Origin: Basidiobolus meristosporus CBS 931.73
Taxonomy: Eukaryota > Fungi > Basidiobolomycota
Reading direction: 5' to 3'
Assembly: GCA_002104905.1 (NCBI GenBank)
Contig: MCFE01000571.1
Location: 1-56,859, forward strand
DNA: 56,859 nt
The position numbers were made by a program, and so were the translations under genes. The notes beneath the pieces are model-generated. The model was not told the DNA's origin. It did not search any database and saw nothing but the letters and a program-made list of their open reading frames with translations. Shown in pieces: positions 1-11,571 of the stretch (positions within the stretch are counted from its first letter, which is position 1; the number at the start of each line of letters is the position of its first letter).

Positions 1-278
1 ATGAGACTTCTACCCAAATTCCAGGTTGGGACCTACCTGGAATGTTCTCACCGGTACATCAGGTACCCAGAACATGAAAAATCGGTAAGTTGTCCGAACA
101 GCCCCAAAATCTACGCGCATGCTTTTAAGGTCTCGATATGCATATTTTATGTGTTTTTTGTGCAAAAACCATGTGAAAGTAGAAATACTACTTTTCCATT
201 CAACAGGTAATTTAGAGAATGCCACATAATCTACTTGCTCCCCAAATTGCTTCTAATATCTCCCTAACTCTTGCTTCA
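1..278 (+). repeat. 5' LTR of copia family E (truncated by window start)
   Basis: Alignable to E LTRs at 51899-52247 and 52338-52686. Ends in CA at 278 and is directly followed by a copia-type PBS. Confidence 0.8.
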
Positions 279-290
279 GGCTATGAGCCC
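279..290 (+). promoter_or_regulatory. Copia-type primer binding site GGCTATGAGCCC
   Basis: One mismatch from the GGTTATGAGCCC PBS of the intact copia (27953-27964); abuts the LTR end. Confidence 0.8.
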
Positions 291-349
291 CCAGCCGGCA
301 CTTTCTTATAAATCTACCATCACTACAACCAGAACACCTCCCTCAGCTG

Positions 350-1400
350 AAATGATGGACAAATCTAACTACCAAGTCTGAAAGGTGAAGATCAGGATGC
401 TGCTACAGGAAATGGGCCTTTGGGATAGTGTTATGGGCAAAGAACACCCTTGCCAAGGTTTAGGAGAAGTGGCCTTCAAGTACCAGAAGAAAGAACAATG
501 TGCCCCTTACTGCATATATCTCAATGTCAATGACAAAATACTAATTCAATGCTCTAGCACAAGGGCAGCACAGAGTGCCTTGAAGGAATTGATATACACC
601 AATCAGTCATATTTGGCTCATGAGAAAATATATCTTAGATCAAAATGCTTTTCCACCAAGACACCCCCATGGGAAGAAACAAAAAATCAAAATAACAAGC
701 TGCCCTATTGGTTGATGTGATGGAATTAGTTGGAATACAAACTATTGCCAAAGATATAATACTTACCCTCCTGTGCAGCCTGAAAGACAGGCTTCAGGGC
801 CTTGCATCAGCCTTAGAATCCACAACTAAAGATCAGCCTTAAGGTAGATGCATGGAAAATTCCTTTACAAGGAATCAAGAAAATGAAGTTCCATTACAAA
901 TGAAGAAGAAAATGCTTTAATAGGCGGTGAGGGCTAACAAAGGAGGTACTCAAGACCCTACAAAGAAAGAAACCTACTTTCTAGTGGCTACTGCAAAATG
1001 AAAGGACACTCATTGGGCTGATGCTTCAAGATGAGCAATAGTTACTCAAAAAAACATCAATATGGATATGCTACTACCATAGATGCTTCATTACTCTTGT
1101 CTGCACTCAGCATGGCAACAAACAAGGATTGTCTGCTGTGCTAAATTGACTATAGAGTATCTCAACACCTTATCTACCAAAAGGAAACTTCCACTAAACA
1201 TCAAGAAATTTGAGTCAAAATGGGTTTCATGGCTGATGACAGAATATCAGATGTAGCTAGACACAGAATAATCTAAGTGAGCTTCAGAGGTAATAAAGGA
1301 AGTCACACACTTACCTTCAAAGATGCATCCTTTATACCTGAAATAGCCAAGAACCTATTATATATATGCAAGGCTACAGCAGGAGGACTCATTCTCAATG
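350..1400 (+). pseudogene. Degenerate copia-E gag/protease remnant
   Basis: SNYQV*KVKIRMLLQEMGLWDSVMGKEHP is the copia gag N-terminal motif and is homologous to 51850-51900 on the minus strand. Many stops and frameshifts. Confidence 0.75.
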
Positions 1401-1484
1401 TTGACATTGGTGGTGATTAAGGGAACAAGTGGATTATGCAATTTTCACTTGTTGATCTATCAGATATAAAAGTAGTAAATATTA

Positions 1485-2215
1485 GACTTGTTCTGTTGGA
1501 TAGTACCACAATGAGCCATGAGTGCAAAATAATGGCTTAGTGTGCCAGAGAGGCCAAGTAGACCTATACTTGACCAAAGAGTGTGAAGCATTGTTCTATA
1601 TCATCATGTAAAGCAGCCCCTGTTCTTCACTCACTGTGCTGGAGAAAATCCATTTTTGACCTTGTTTTTGGGATCAATATTGCTCATGACATGAAAGAAC
1701 ACAGAAGGACTGAAGTCATGCATTTGATAAAATATACCCATGGCATTCTGAATCTAGCTCCAGAGTACTGTAACATGTCACAAAAATGCATGGCACTATC
1801 TTGGTCCATTGGTACTATCTGGCACTATAAGTGCTTTGTATTGGTCTTTTTTGAGGGCTAATATTTAAGCATAGGCCATATAGTACCAATGGACCAAGAT
1901 AGTGCCATGCATTTTTGTGACATGTTACAGAACTCTGGAGCTAGATTCAGAGTGCCATGGGTATATTTTATCAAATGCATGTCTTCAGTCCTTCTGTGTT
2001 CTTACACATCATGCACAATATTGATCCCAAAAAAAGGTCAAAAATGGATTTTCTCCAGCACAGTGAGTGAAGCACAAAAGCTGCTTTGCATGAATATGTA
2101 CACTATGTTTCACACTCAGTGACCAAGTGCAGTTCTGCTCAGCCTCTCCAGCATGTTATGGCACTATTTGGCACTCATGGCTTGATGTGACACTATCCAA
2201 CCAAACATGTCTATT
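1485..2215. repeat. Foldback (long imperfect palindrome), repeat family F
   Basis: Arm ~1485-1823 is the reverse complement of ~1875-2215, with a 51-bp spacer at 1824-1874. Confidence 0.9.
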
Positions 2216-2229
2216 CCTTTGGATGGTCT

Positions 2230-2690
2230 TGACAAACCAAACATGCTGAATCTGCTAAGGCAGGTACCAAGAGCATATGTGCACATTTTAGGGCAGTTTG
2301 GACAACTTTGAGAATTTTGATGTTCTGGGTACTTGTTACTTTGGGTGAAAATATTCCAAGTAGATCCCAACATGAAATTTGGTTGGTATTATCTAAGATC
2401 TGCAGCTTATGGTCTCCATGATTGAATTAGATGAGTATTTAGGTGGAATTGCAAGCTTTTCAACACTCTTACTCAATTAGGTATGTATCTACGCTAATCC
2501 TAACTGTGATCTAAGATATTAAACTTTGTCTCTAGTCAATGGCTTGGTAAATATATCTATAATCCTTTCTTCTATAGGAGAGTAAATAAAGTAAGCTAAG
2601 CAGCTCTCTATAGCCTCATGTATGAAATGATGTCTAATATCTATTTGCTTAGTTATAGCAAGAAAAGTTAGGTTGCCACCTAATAGTGTA
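2230..2690 (-). mobile_element. 3' end fragment of copia family E (RNase H tail plus partial 3' LTR)
   Basis: 2230-2465 matches the E LTR in reverse (ends ttttcaaca). 2466-2690 resembles the pol C-terminus/PPT seen at 47952-48100. Confidence 0.65.
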
Positions 2691-2700
2691 CATCCTCAAT

Positions 2701-5090
2701 CATCATAAAATTAATTGCAATGATCCCATCCAATGGCCATCACAAAGTTTAAATCCCATGACTAGGAGGTATTGATGCCTCAAGGGGCACTGTGCAAAGA
2801 CTGTAAAAAAAATGTCACACTAGATTTCACAAAAACATGGTAACAACTTTTCATCACAACAGCACTAAGTGGGTTTTGATTATTTCTCTGCCAATTCTCT
2901 CACCCTCTGATCCAGACACTCAATCACCTCCTACATTTGTGCACATTAATTGGCTATTGCCTCTTTTTCAATCTCCCTACTTCCTCAATAAAAAATGCTC
3001 CTACTTTTCATTCATACAGACTGGTTTATTACTGCTCAATCTTCAGTTGTAAGATGATTACCAATTGTACTGACCAATACAAGTCCCTATACCAAACACC
3101 AGCATTAAGCCCAGCCTCAAACTCAACAAGTGGCTCCATTAAAATTCACCATTCAATAAGTAAATCTGCCAAGGTGTCCTTTTCATGACTCTGGTGGGAG
3201 CCCTACAGCTTTATATCATTATTCATTCAGTTGTCCCCATATGACCTGGTCTTTAGCAGGCACTGCAAGGTCTGGCACCTCATCTGCCAGTTTTTGTAAT
3301 AGATCCTGGCAATATTCAAGTACATCATCTTGAGCACTGCCCTTGAAGGAGTGTTGCAACCTCCTTGTGTGACTATTAATATTCCAAAACTGAACTCTTA
3401 GCATTGTGACAGTTGCCCAAATTCTAGACATTGCTGTATTGTCTGTCAATGGGATCTCTACTTGGTCAAGAATGGAGGACATAAAAGCTGTAATCGACAA
3501 ATGGTCCTCCTCTGCAGGCTCATCTACCTTGCTGAAGCTTAGCTCAACTGGCAGCACTTCCAACTCTTGCAACAACAGCTGTTGTCTTATTGGTAATTCC
3601 TGTTGGCTATTATGGGATTTAGCATGTTCTGGATTTACAATGTTAGTTGGTCAGAACTGTAGCTTTTTTCCCACTCTTCCCTATCACTGGCTTGGGTAGA
3701 ATCTGTGCCCTTTACCTTTATCATTGCTAAGTCTTTCACTGCTACTTTCACCAAGTGCTTCTTGTATAGTTCTACATTTTCTTCTAGATAAATACTGCAC
3801 CAGTGCATCCAATGCTGTCTGCTTGCTGTTGACCAGTACTCCTACAGCTACCTGGCATTTCTTTGCCACTTACTTGAGCTTTTGGCTCTGTTTGTGACAG
3901 GCTCTTGAGGAGCCTGTTGGTTTTTATAGCTGCCCGCTCCTTAATTGCTACCTTGACTAAGGGCTTTATGTTTTGAGCTACAGTTTTTTCCTGAGAAATC
4001 CCAAGCTGATGCATCAATATCTATCTGCTTGTCCCTTATTGGCACTGTTCCAGCTACCCAAAGCTTTGTTGTTGCTTGTCTCAAGCTTTCCACCCTGCTG
4101 AGACAGGCTCTTGAGAATTCTGCTGGTTTTTGGCCATGGTACCCTTGTTCTTCTCTCCTTGATAGTTTTGCCATTCCTGAGATACTTTTGTAGCATACCA
4201 ATAGTGACCTGGAATCCATTTGTTTGTAGCCTCTTGATTATTAGTTCACTCTTTATCATTGCACTCAGCAGCTTCATATATTCTCAGTGTCTTTTGATTT
4301 CTAGGCTTTAAAATGAATATCACAGTCTCTCCCACCCATGCTGAAGTGGGCATTTCTGTGGGCTTTATCTTTGGACAGAGTTGTTGTTCATCAAAGACTG
4401 TAGAGTGTTCCACTGCTGTATCATCAGGAAATGGCTCAATTCTAGGCTGTGACATTCAGCAACCTGGGTTCCTTCATTGCAACCCAGCTACTACATTCTC
4501 CACTTGGGAAATTGAATGCTGTACATGTAGTACCCATTCATTCAGTGTCTGGACTATTTCCTGATTTCTCTGGGCCTTTGCATTGGTTTCATTGGCCACT
4601 GCACCTAATTGCATTACTAATGCTTTTGTATGAGCTGACAGCATACTTGCAAGTGCTGGTGGTGATAATTTTTTGAAGATCATTGGCTGGTCTTCTACCT
4701 GTGGTATTGCTTTTTCTACAAACTGATTGCCTGTGCATTGTGGTCAGCTTGTAGATTTACAGAGATTTTCAATTGCCTATGCAACTGAGTGCCTGAGTAG
4801 TCAACATTATTATCTTCAGTGAGCATACTGTCAAAATGACATTTTTTTAATGTAGCCCTGCTTGTTACACTGATTGTCAAGGCAAGCTGTTGTCCAATCA
4901 TTCTTCTGCTGTTGTGTGAGGTGTGATTGGCTGCAAACATGACAGCTCTGCTGTATTTTTGCAGCATATGCATGGAAATGAGTAGGACCAAAGGGAAAGT
5001 AGAGTGTCATGTGCATGTATGCTTGGTGCCACAAGTTTATTTATAGTGCTTATTTTGGTGGTTATTCAACAACAAGGAAGCAGTTTAGGA
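2701..5090 (-). mobile_element. CACTA-family fragment: left end plus degenerate accessory ORF2
   Basis: Colinear with 39764-42250 and 52928-56050. Peptides 3219-3575, 4246-4455 and 4474-4683 are homologous to ORF2 pieces of the other copies. Confidence 0.8.
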
Positions 5091-5589
5091 GAATAAATTG
5101 AATTACTACCAAAGCTGTAGTTGTAATCTGTGTGAGAAAAATGAACTTGAAGATTATGCTTTTGTACTGAATTACTATGATTTGTTAAAAATCAAACAAT
5201 GCAAATCTTTTCTTAACAATCCAAATGTAACTATGTCTAGCAAATGATCATAATATTCCTGGTAAATGCTTTATCAAGATTGTCATTTCCTGTGACAGAA
5301 CTTCTATTTATAAGTACTCTCCATATATAAATATATCATCTTTAAAACTGGTGCAGCTATTTAATATGTCTTGCAGCTGCCAAATGATTTGCATGCATTT
5401 ACTCCATCCTATCCAATCACTAGACTTAAAAACTTACTTGCTCCATAGGAAAAATGGGATATTTGATGGCAAATCAGGTAGCTTGTACATTAGTCGCTGA
5501 GCCAGATAGATGATCACAGCTACAGAATACTCTTGAATCATTTAAAAATCATCCAACTTGAACAATGGTAACCAAAGTGGCATATATGA

Positions 5590-5810
5590 TTAGATTTGTA
5601 AGACTTGTTCTGTTAGATGGTGCCACATTGATCCATAAGCACTAAATAACACCCTAGTGTGCTGGAGAGCTCAGGTAGACTAATACTTTGCCACAGAGTG
5701 TCAAGTATAGTTTCACTTTATCATGGAGAGCAGCCCCAATGTTGCACCCACTGTGCAGCAGAAAGTCTGTTTCTTGACCTTTTTTCTGGGATCAATGCTG
5801 TGCCTGACTT
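5590..5810 (+). repeat. Family F arm, interrupted by a C2 LTR
   Basis: agacttgttctgttagatgg...gggatcaatgctgtgc aligns to 1485-1695. Confidence 0.8.
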
Positions 5811-6876
5811 TGTGGTGGTGTATAAGTCCAAGGAAGGGATATGTCCAACACTTCTCAAGTGATTTGTGTGTGGGGTGCTCACTGGGTGCAATAACCTCTG
5901 GCAAAAGCTTGCTAGGAATACTTGGATTTTGTCTCTAATCCAATGAGAAGGGGAATAGAGCCACAAACTTGTCAAGAGAAAACTATTGAGCTACACTCCC
6001 CAACTTAATTGGCATCTTAACAAAAGTATGTGCTGGGTCCAGTGTTGCTTGAGATAACAATGTACTAAAGCTTCCAAAGTCAAAACAGCTGTAAACTCCA
6101 CCAGCAGGGACTTTATAAGAATGCAGCTGTGGTCAATAGTTACAAAGACAGAGAGGTATATTTGCCTGCACAAGAATAAACTTGGGAAAGAATCAAATAT
6201 AATAATTGATACCTACTCTGAGTATTCCTTACAAGTAGTACCTCCAGGGTCAGTTGGCTGACAGCATGGTTTCCTGGGAGAGTTCTGTGGACAAGGTTGG
6301 AGTTCAGGTAGCAGCAGGTAGCAGTGAAAAAACTAATCAACAAGTTGGTATATTGATAAAAGGGATGCTGATTTATTGTTGAGGGATTGCCCTGCTTATG
6401 TACGTTTCTCACTGGCAAAGTGATTACTAACCATGGTGTACCAGAAGGTTCTGGTGGTCAGTATAGAATCTTAATAGCATCAGAATGAGCTAGAATGTTC
6501 TAAGTAGGTGATGGAAAGTTCTAAGAAGCACAGCACACAACCAATCAGGGGTCAGTATTCTGAAGCCTGTGCAGCATAGAGATACCATATACAGTATGAA
6601 AATGGTAGGGATGGTGATGCAGTTTGCTCATGAGTTACAGGTACTAGAGCAGGTACCTGACTAATATACAAGCACTTACATCAAGCAATCTTACATAAAG
6701 TGAGGGACAACTTATGCAATATGGTAAGCAGGTATGATAGTCAGTTGGCTTACAGGATAGTACTGATCAAGTAAGACAAATGGATTCAAACTAATATAAG
6801 GGGAGTGGAAAATAGGGAAGTAGAAAATATGGGAATGAGCACATCTGTCAGTGGGTGTCACTGTGACCCCATCACA
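5811..6876 (-). repeat. LTR of family C2 (~1066 bp)
   Basis: TGTGGTGGTG...CCCCATCACA ends; homologous to 20264-21214 and 56714-56859. The adjacent 6877-6910 is shared with 56670-56713, so it is internal element sequence. Confidence 0.75.
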
Positions 6877-6959
6877 CTGCCTAAGGATTAATTTTGTATA
6901 GGTCCAAACAGATCACAGGAACCTTATGGAACACCATGATTAGTAATCACTTAGCCAGT

Positions 6960-7473
6960 AAGAAAAGCATATAAGGGAGGCTATCCCTCAACAATAAATC
7001 ATCATCCCTTTTATCAATATTCCAACTTGCTGATTAGTGTGATCACTTCTTGTGAGGAATACTCAGAGTAGGTATCTTTTATTATATTTGATTCTTTCCC
7101 AAGCTTGTTCTTGTACAGGCAAAGATACTTTTCTGTCTTTGTAACTATTGACCACAGCTGCATTCTTATCAAGTCCCTGCTGGTGGAGTTTACAGTTGTT
7201 TTGACTTTGGAAGCTTTAGTACATTTTTGTCTCAAAGGACACTGAACCCAGCACATACTTTTGTTAAAACGCCAACTAAGTTGGGGATTGTAGATCAATA
7301 GTTTTGCCTTGACAAGCTTGTGGCTTTATCCCCCTTCACATTAGATTAGAGACCAAACCCAAGTATTCCCAGCAAGCTTTTGCCAGATGTTATTGCACCC
7401 AGTGAACACCCCACAAACAAAACACTTGAGAAGTTTTGGATGTATCTCTCCCTTGAACCTATACACCACCACA
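6960..7473 (+). repeat. Partial C2 LTR, inverted relative to 5811-6876
   Basis: Reverse complement of ~5811-6400; ends CACCACCACA at 7473. Confidence 0.8.
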
Positions 7474-7790
7474 GCACCATGCATTTTTTCAACATGTTAC
7501 AAGCCACAGGAGCTAGATTCAGAGTGCCATGGGTATTAAGTACCTGATGCATGTGTTCAGTCCTTTTGTGCTCTTACGCATCCTGCAAAGCATTGACCTA
7601 AAAAAAAGGTCAAAAAATGGATTTTCTCCAACACAATGGTGAAACACAGGGGCAGCTTTGCATGAAGATGCAGAGCTATGTTTCACACACTGTGGCCAAG
7701 TATAGGTACACTTAGCCTCTCCGGGGCTCTACGGCATCATTTGGCACTCATGGCTCATTGTGGCACTATCCAATGGAACAAGTCTAATAT
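7474..7790 (-). repeat. Family F arm (reverse orientation)
   Basis: Aligns to 1905-2215 (gagctagattcagagtgccatggg, aaaatggattttctcc, ggcactcatggc). Confidence 0.8.
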
Positions 7791-9191
7791 CTTCCTGTAT
7801 GAATATACTGTGCAATAATAAGCACTTTAACTATTGCACCAGTTTGGCTGTATTCTCTTATATATGACTTTCCTCTCTATTTACCTGCCAATATGCAAAG
7901 TCTCTTTAGATGTCCAAATGTATGCATAACTCTCACTCTGAAATGTTTGAAAGTCTCATTATATAGCTTCTGCTTCATGCTAAACATACTGTTCCTTAGC
8001 TTCCTGTAAGCTGTGATACATCCTGATATCTGACAATCCTGTGCTATTTAAGCTAAGTCTGAATACATTTCTCCACTCTACTAAATTCTGGATGATTCTC
8101 TACCCATAGTGTTTTGTCATGCCTACTTTCAGCAAATGGCCAGCTAATTCAGATGATATTACCCTCAGTATCAGATAGTGCTTCAAATTTCACACAATGT
8201 GCCTTGTACTTGCCAGAATAACAGTGCCGCTGCCCTTAAGAAGGTCTGTTAATCCTAACTGGGAAGGTATCCAAAATACTCCCTATATGGAACCTATTGC
8301 CAAATACTCTGGGATATGGAGTCTATTGGAGCTTCTGAACCTAGTATTCAAAGCTTGCTCTAAGTACTGCATACCCTCTGCAAGGTGGTTTTCCATTGCT
8401 GTCAGCTGGAAATGAGACCTTCTGGGGCTTTTGTTGCCATGAATGATTGGATGAAACCTTGTGGGGCAATACTCCTTGTAATAGCTGAGAAGCTTAACAA
8501 GGGAGCTCCTTGAGTAGATTGGGGTAGATGGTCCACAATACTTGGTATATATCTCCACTAATATCTCATAACAAAATTTAGTGGTAGTGATGGGATTGAT
8601 GAGAAAATACCATTCAGATTAGTAAGTCATATTCAAATTGGTAGGTGAATGAGCTGATGTGATTTGAATCAATTCAGCACAATTAGCTTTAGTTATCAGA
8701 TTTTCCATGCATTACAACTAAATCTTCATTGATTGCCATGTGTTCCATCATTATGGTGCAAAAATCATCCTCAAACAATGACCTGCTATTTTAATTGATG
8801 CTTTACTCACAAGTCTTTAATAAAGTAGGAAATCTGCAATTGTTGTGATCTAATATGTGTCAATGCAATCCAAGATGCATCATGGACAATATATGGAAAA
8901 TTCAACAATCACATTAGATTTCATAAATATTTCATATATGACCAGGTTGATGCCAATATACTACTGTAGAAGTTTCCAAATCCATCACCATGGTCCCTAT
9001 ACCAGGTCTCAATTCATCCTTAGTACAACCAAGACAAAACCCATCCCCCAACTCACAAGCACAGTTCAGATTGGAGAAGCCAATGTTGGATCCATTCAAG
9101 TTCTTGCCAAATAATTTTGATATAGCCCAAGTGTCTATGATGAGCCTTCATACAGCTATTTGGGCACTACACATTAATCTAGCAGAACTAG

Positions 9192-9475
9192 TGTTACAGG
9201 TCTTGGTATAAGAGTTGAAAAGAATATGGAGTCTAGCTAGTATTGTATTTCCTAATGTAGGTTGTGGCTGATGACTCATTTGATTGCATCATCATCACCT
9301 GATCAGATTCTACTTCAAATATCTATTCCTGTCTGATAAGGATCTGATGATTCATTTGCTGACTAATGCTACTGATTTGATAGATAACACAGATACACTG
9401 ATAGGCATTACATGTAACTAACTAATTTGACTAAGAACTAATTATTCTTGAACATTCAAGCAGTAGATCATAGCA
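9192..9475 (-). repeat. Gypsy A/B LTR with 84-bp internal deletion
   Basis: TGTTACAGG...GATCATAGCA. Its 284 bp equals 368 minus 84; the deletion lies between two ATTGTATT copies. Confidence 0.85.
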
Positions 9476-10547
9476 TCCAAGTACAAGGTCAAACTTGCAG
9501 TTCCCAAGTGTATAGGCCCATAGATCTACTTCATAGTCATTGATCTTCATCCCTACAGGCTGAGTAATACAGTTAATTATGTGAGAGTTCCCATCAGCTG
9601 TGGAGACTGAAGTTGATTTAGTGGGTTTCAAGTTGATTACAGCTTTCAAAGCAAATTGCTCTGACATGCACTTGAGTGATGCTCCTGAGTCAATCATGAT
9701 CTTTGCAGGTACTCCATTGATTACTCCATTCAGATATAGTAGTTTTCTAAGTTTGAGGTCATCTGGGATAGTTATTCTTCTGTCATATGGAAGGAGAGTC
9801 CCAAGTCTTCATCAAGTTCATCCTCATGTTACTATGCTCAAGGGCTTCAATATGGTTGATGGTACTTGATGGCTGGTGTCCATCTCTTCTCTGAGAGCAG
9901 TACTTTGCAATATGTCCCTGCTGGGGGCAATTGCGGCAAAGTCCTTTCTTCTTACATTCTTCTGAGGTAGGATTTTTCTGTATAGCATCAATTTTCATTG
10001 GCACTGCTTCTGATTGTCTTCTTTCACAATGATTGGGGCCTCTCTGATCAGTCATTGTGGTCTACCCAACTCTAAACATAGCTGAGTCATAGTCAATGGC
10101 AATCTTGATGGCTTCTTAAGTAGTCTGCGGTCTTTGATAACTCACTTCCTTGCAAGTTCTTTCTTTCAACCCATCAATGAAGTATTCCACTTAATCCAGC
10201 AGGTCCACTCTTTCAATTTGTCCAAGTAGACATCTATATTCATAGATGTACTCTTGAGCCATTCCCCTCTGTCTGAGTGCCTTCAACTTTCTTCTTAGTA
10301 GTACCTAAAGGTGTGGAGGTTCAAAAGCATCCTGATATTTCCAACACAAACTCATACCAGGTAGAGATTGTAGAGCATTCCATCATGGTGGCTGACCTGA
10401 TCTTATTGTAGAACCACTGTTAAGCTGCATCTGCCAGGTAAGAGACTGCATAATGTAACATGCTTTCTAAACAATTTGCTTAGCCTTGAAAGCTTCTTCA
10501 ATCTGGAAGAGCCAAGTTCCCAGGTTTTCATTGACTTTACCATGGTA
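9476..10547 (-). pseudogene. Gypsy B gag-protease remnant
   Basis: [33 protein letters not shown] (zinc knuckle) and MIDSGA (protease); colinear with 14480-15550. Confidence 0.9.
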
Positions 10548-11571
10548 CCAGTGTGGTAGGGTAAGCATTCCTTGCACATCAAGTTCATTCATATAGCCAT
10601 TATTATATACTTATCCCTATTTTATCTAATCAGTATTATCCCATTCTTCTTTTGCCCTTATTATCAGTATTATACTCATATGATGTTTACCCTGTTTAGT
10701 TATTAGCATTAGTTATTCTGGATGTTATTCAGCTTTGTGCTCAGTATATGTATCCACATAAGGCAAGTACCCATGTCAGCACCTGTGACACATGACCTAG
10801 GTACGTGTTACCATCCCTACCATTTCAATACCATATATGGCATTTCTATGTTGCACATGTTTCCAACTACTGATCCCTTATTGGTTGGATGTGCTGTGCC
10901 TTTTAGAACCTTCCAGGACATTCCTGGCATATTTTTAGCTCATAGTGATGTCATCAAGAATAACACTGATGCTTAGAATCTTATAGAACCTTGTCATTAG
11001 TGTTCACTTGGCAATCAGGAAAAGTACTAAAGGGAAAGCAATCCCTTATCAATAAACCATCCCTTCTATCAGAAACACTTCTCCCTTATTGATCAGCAGT
11101 TGATCACTGCACCTGCCTTCAAAAGTACATCTCAAACCTGCCATCAAGGAGCTTTTCAGGGTAGTGCACAAGACACACAGAGGCCTTTGGAGATGTTACA
11201 AGTCTTGGTATAAGAGTTGTAGAGGAATAGGGAGTTTAGCTAGTATTGTATTCACTACAACTTGAACTGATTTTTATTGAGGTTCCAGCAGCTCCTTATA
11301 TACATTTTGCCAGATCAATTGCTGACTAATTGTATTTCCTAATGTAGGTTGTGGCTGATGACTCATTTGATTGCATCATCATCACCCAATAAGATCCTAC
11401 TTAATATATCTATTTCTGTCTGATAAGGATCTGCTGATTCATTTGCCAACTAATGCTACTGATTTCATAGATAATACTGATATACTGATAACCTAAACAT
11501 ATACTAATTGATTTGACTAAAAACTGATCTAACTTAAACATTCAAGCGGCAGATCATAACATTCTCCCCTA

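Noticed and set aside
7014-7298. CxxCPLRxxCTK peptide as an IS4/IS1182-like transposase
   Set aside because: It lies within the C2 LTR, the motif is not preserved in the 5811-6876 copy, and no DDE context is present.
7620-7790. FGTHGSLWHYPMEQ in repeat F as a CACTA transposase motif
   Set aside because: Only a short resemblance, with stops on both sides and no consistent frame among F copies.
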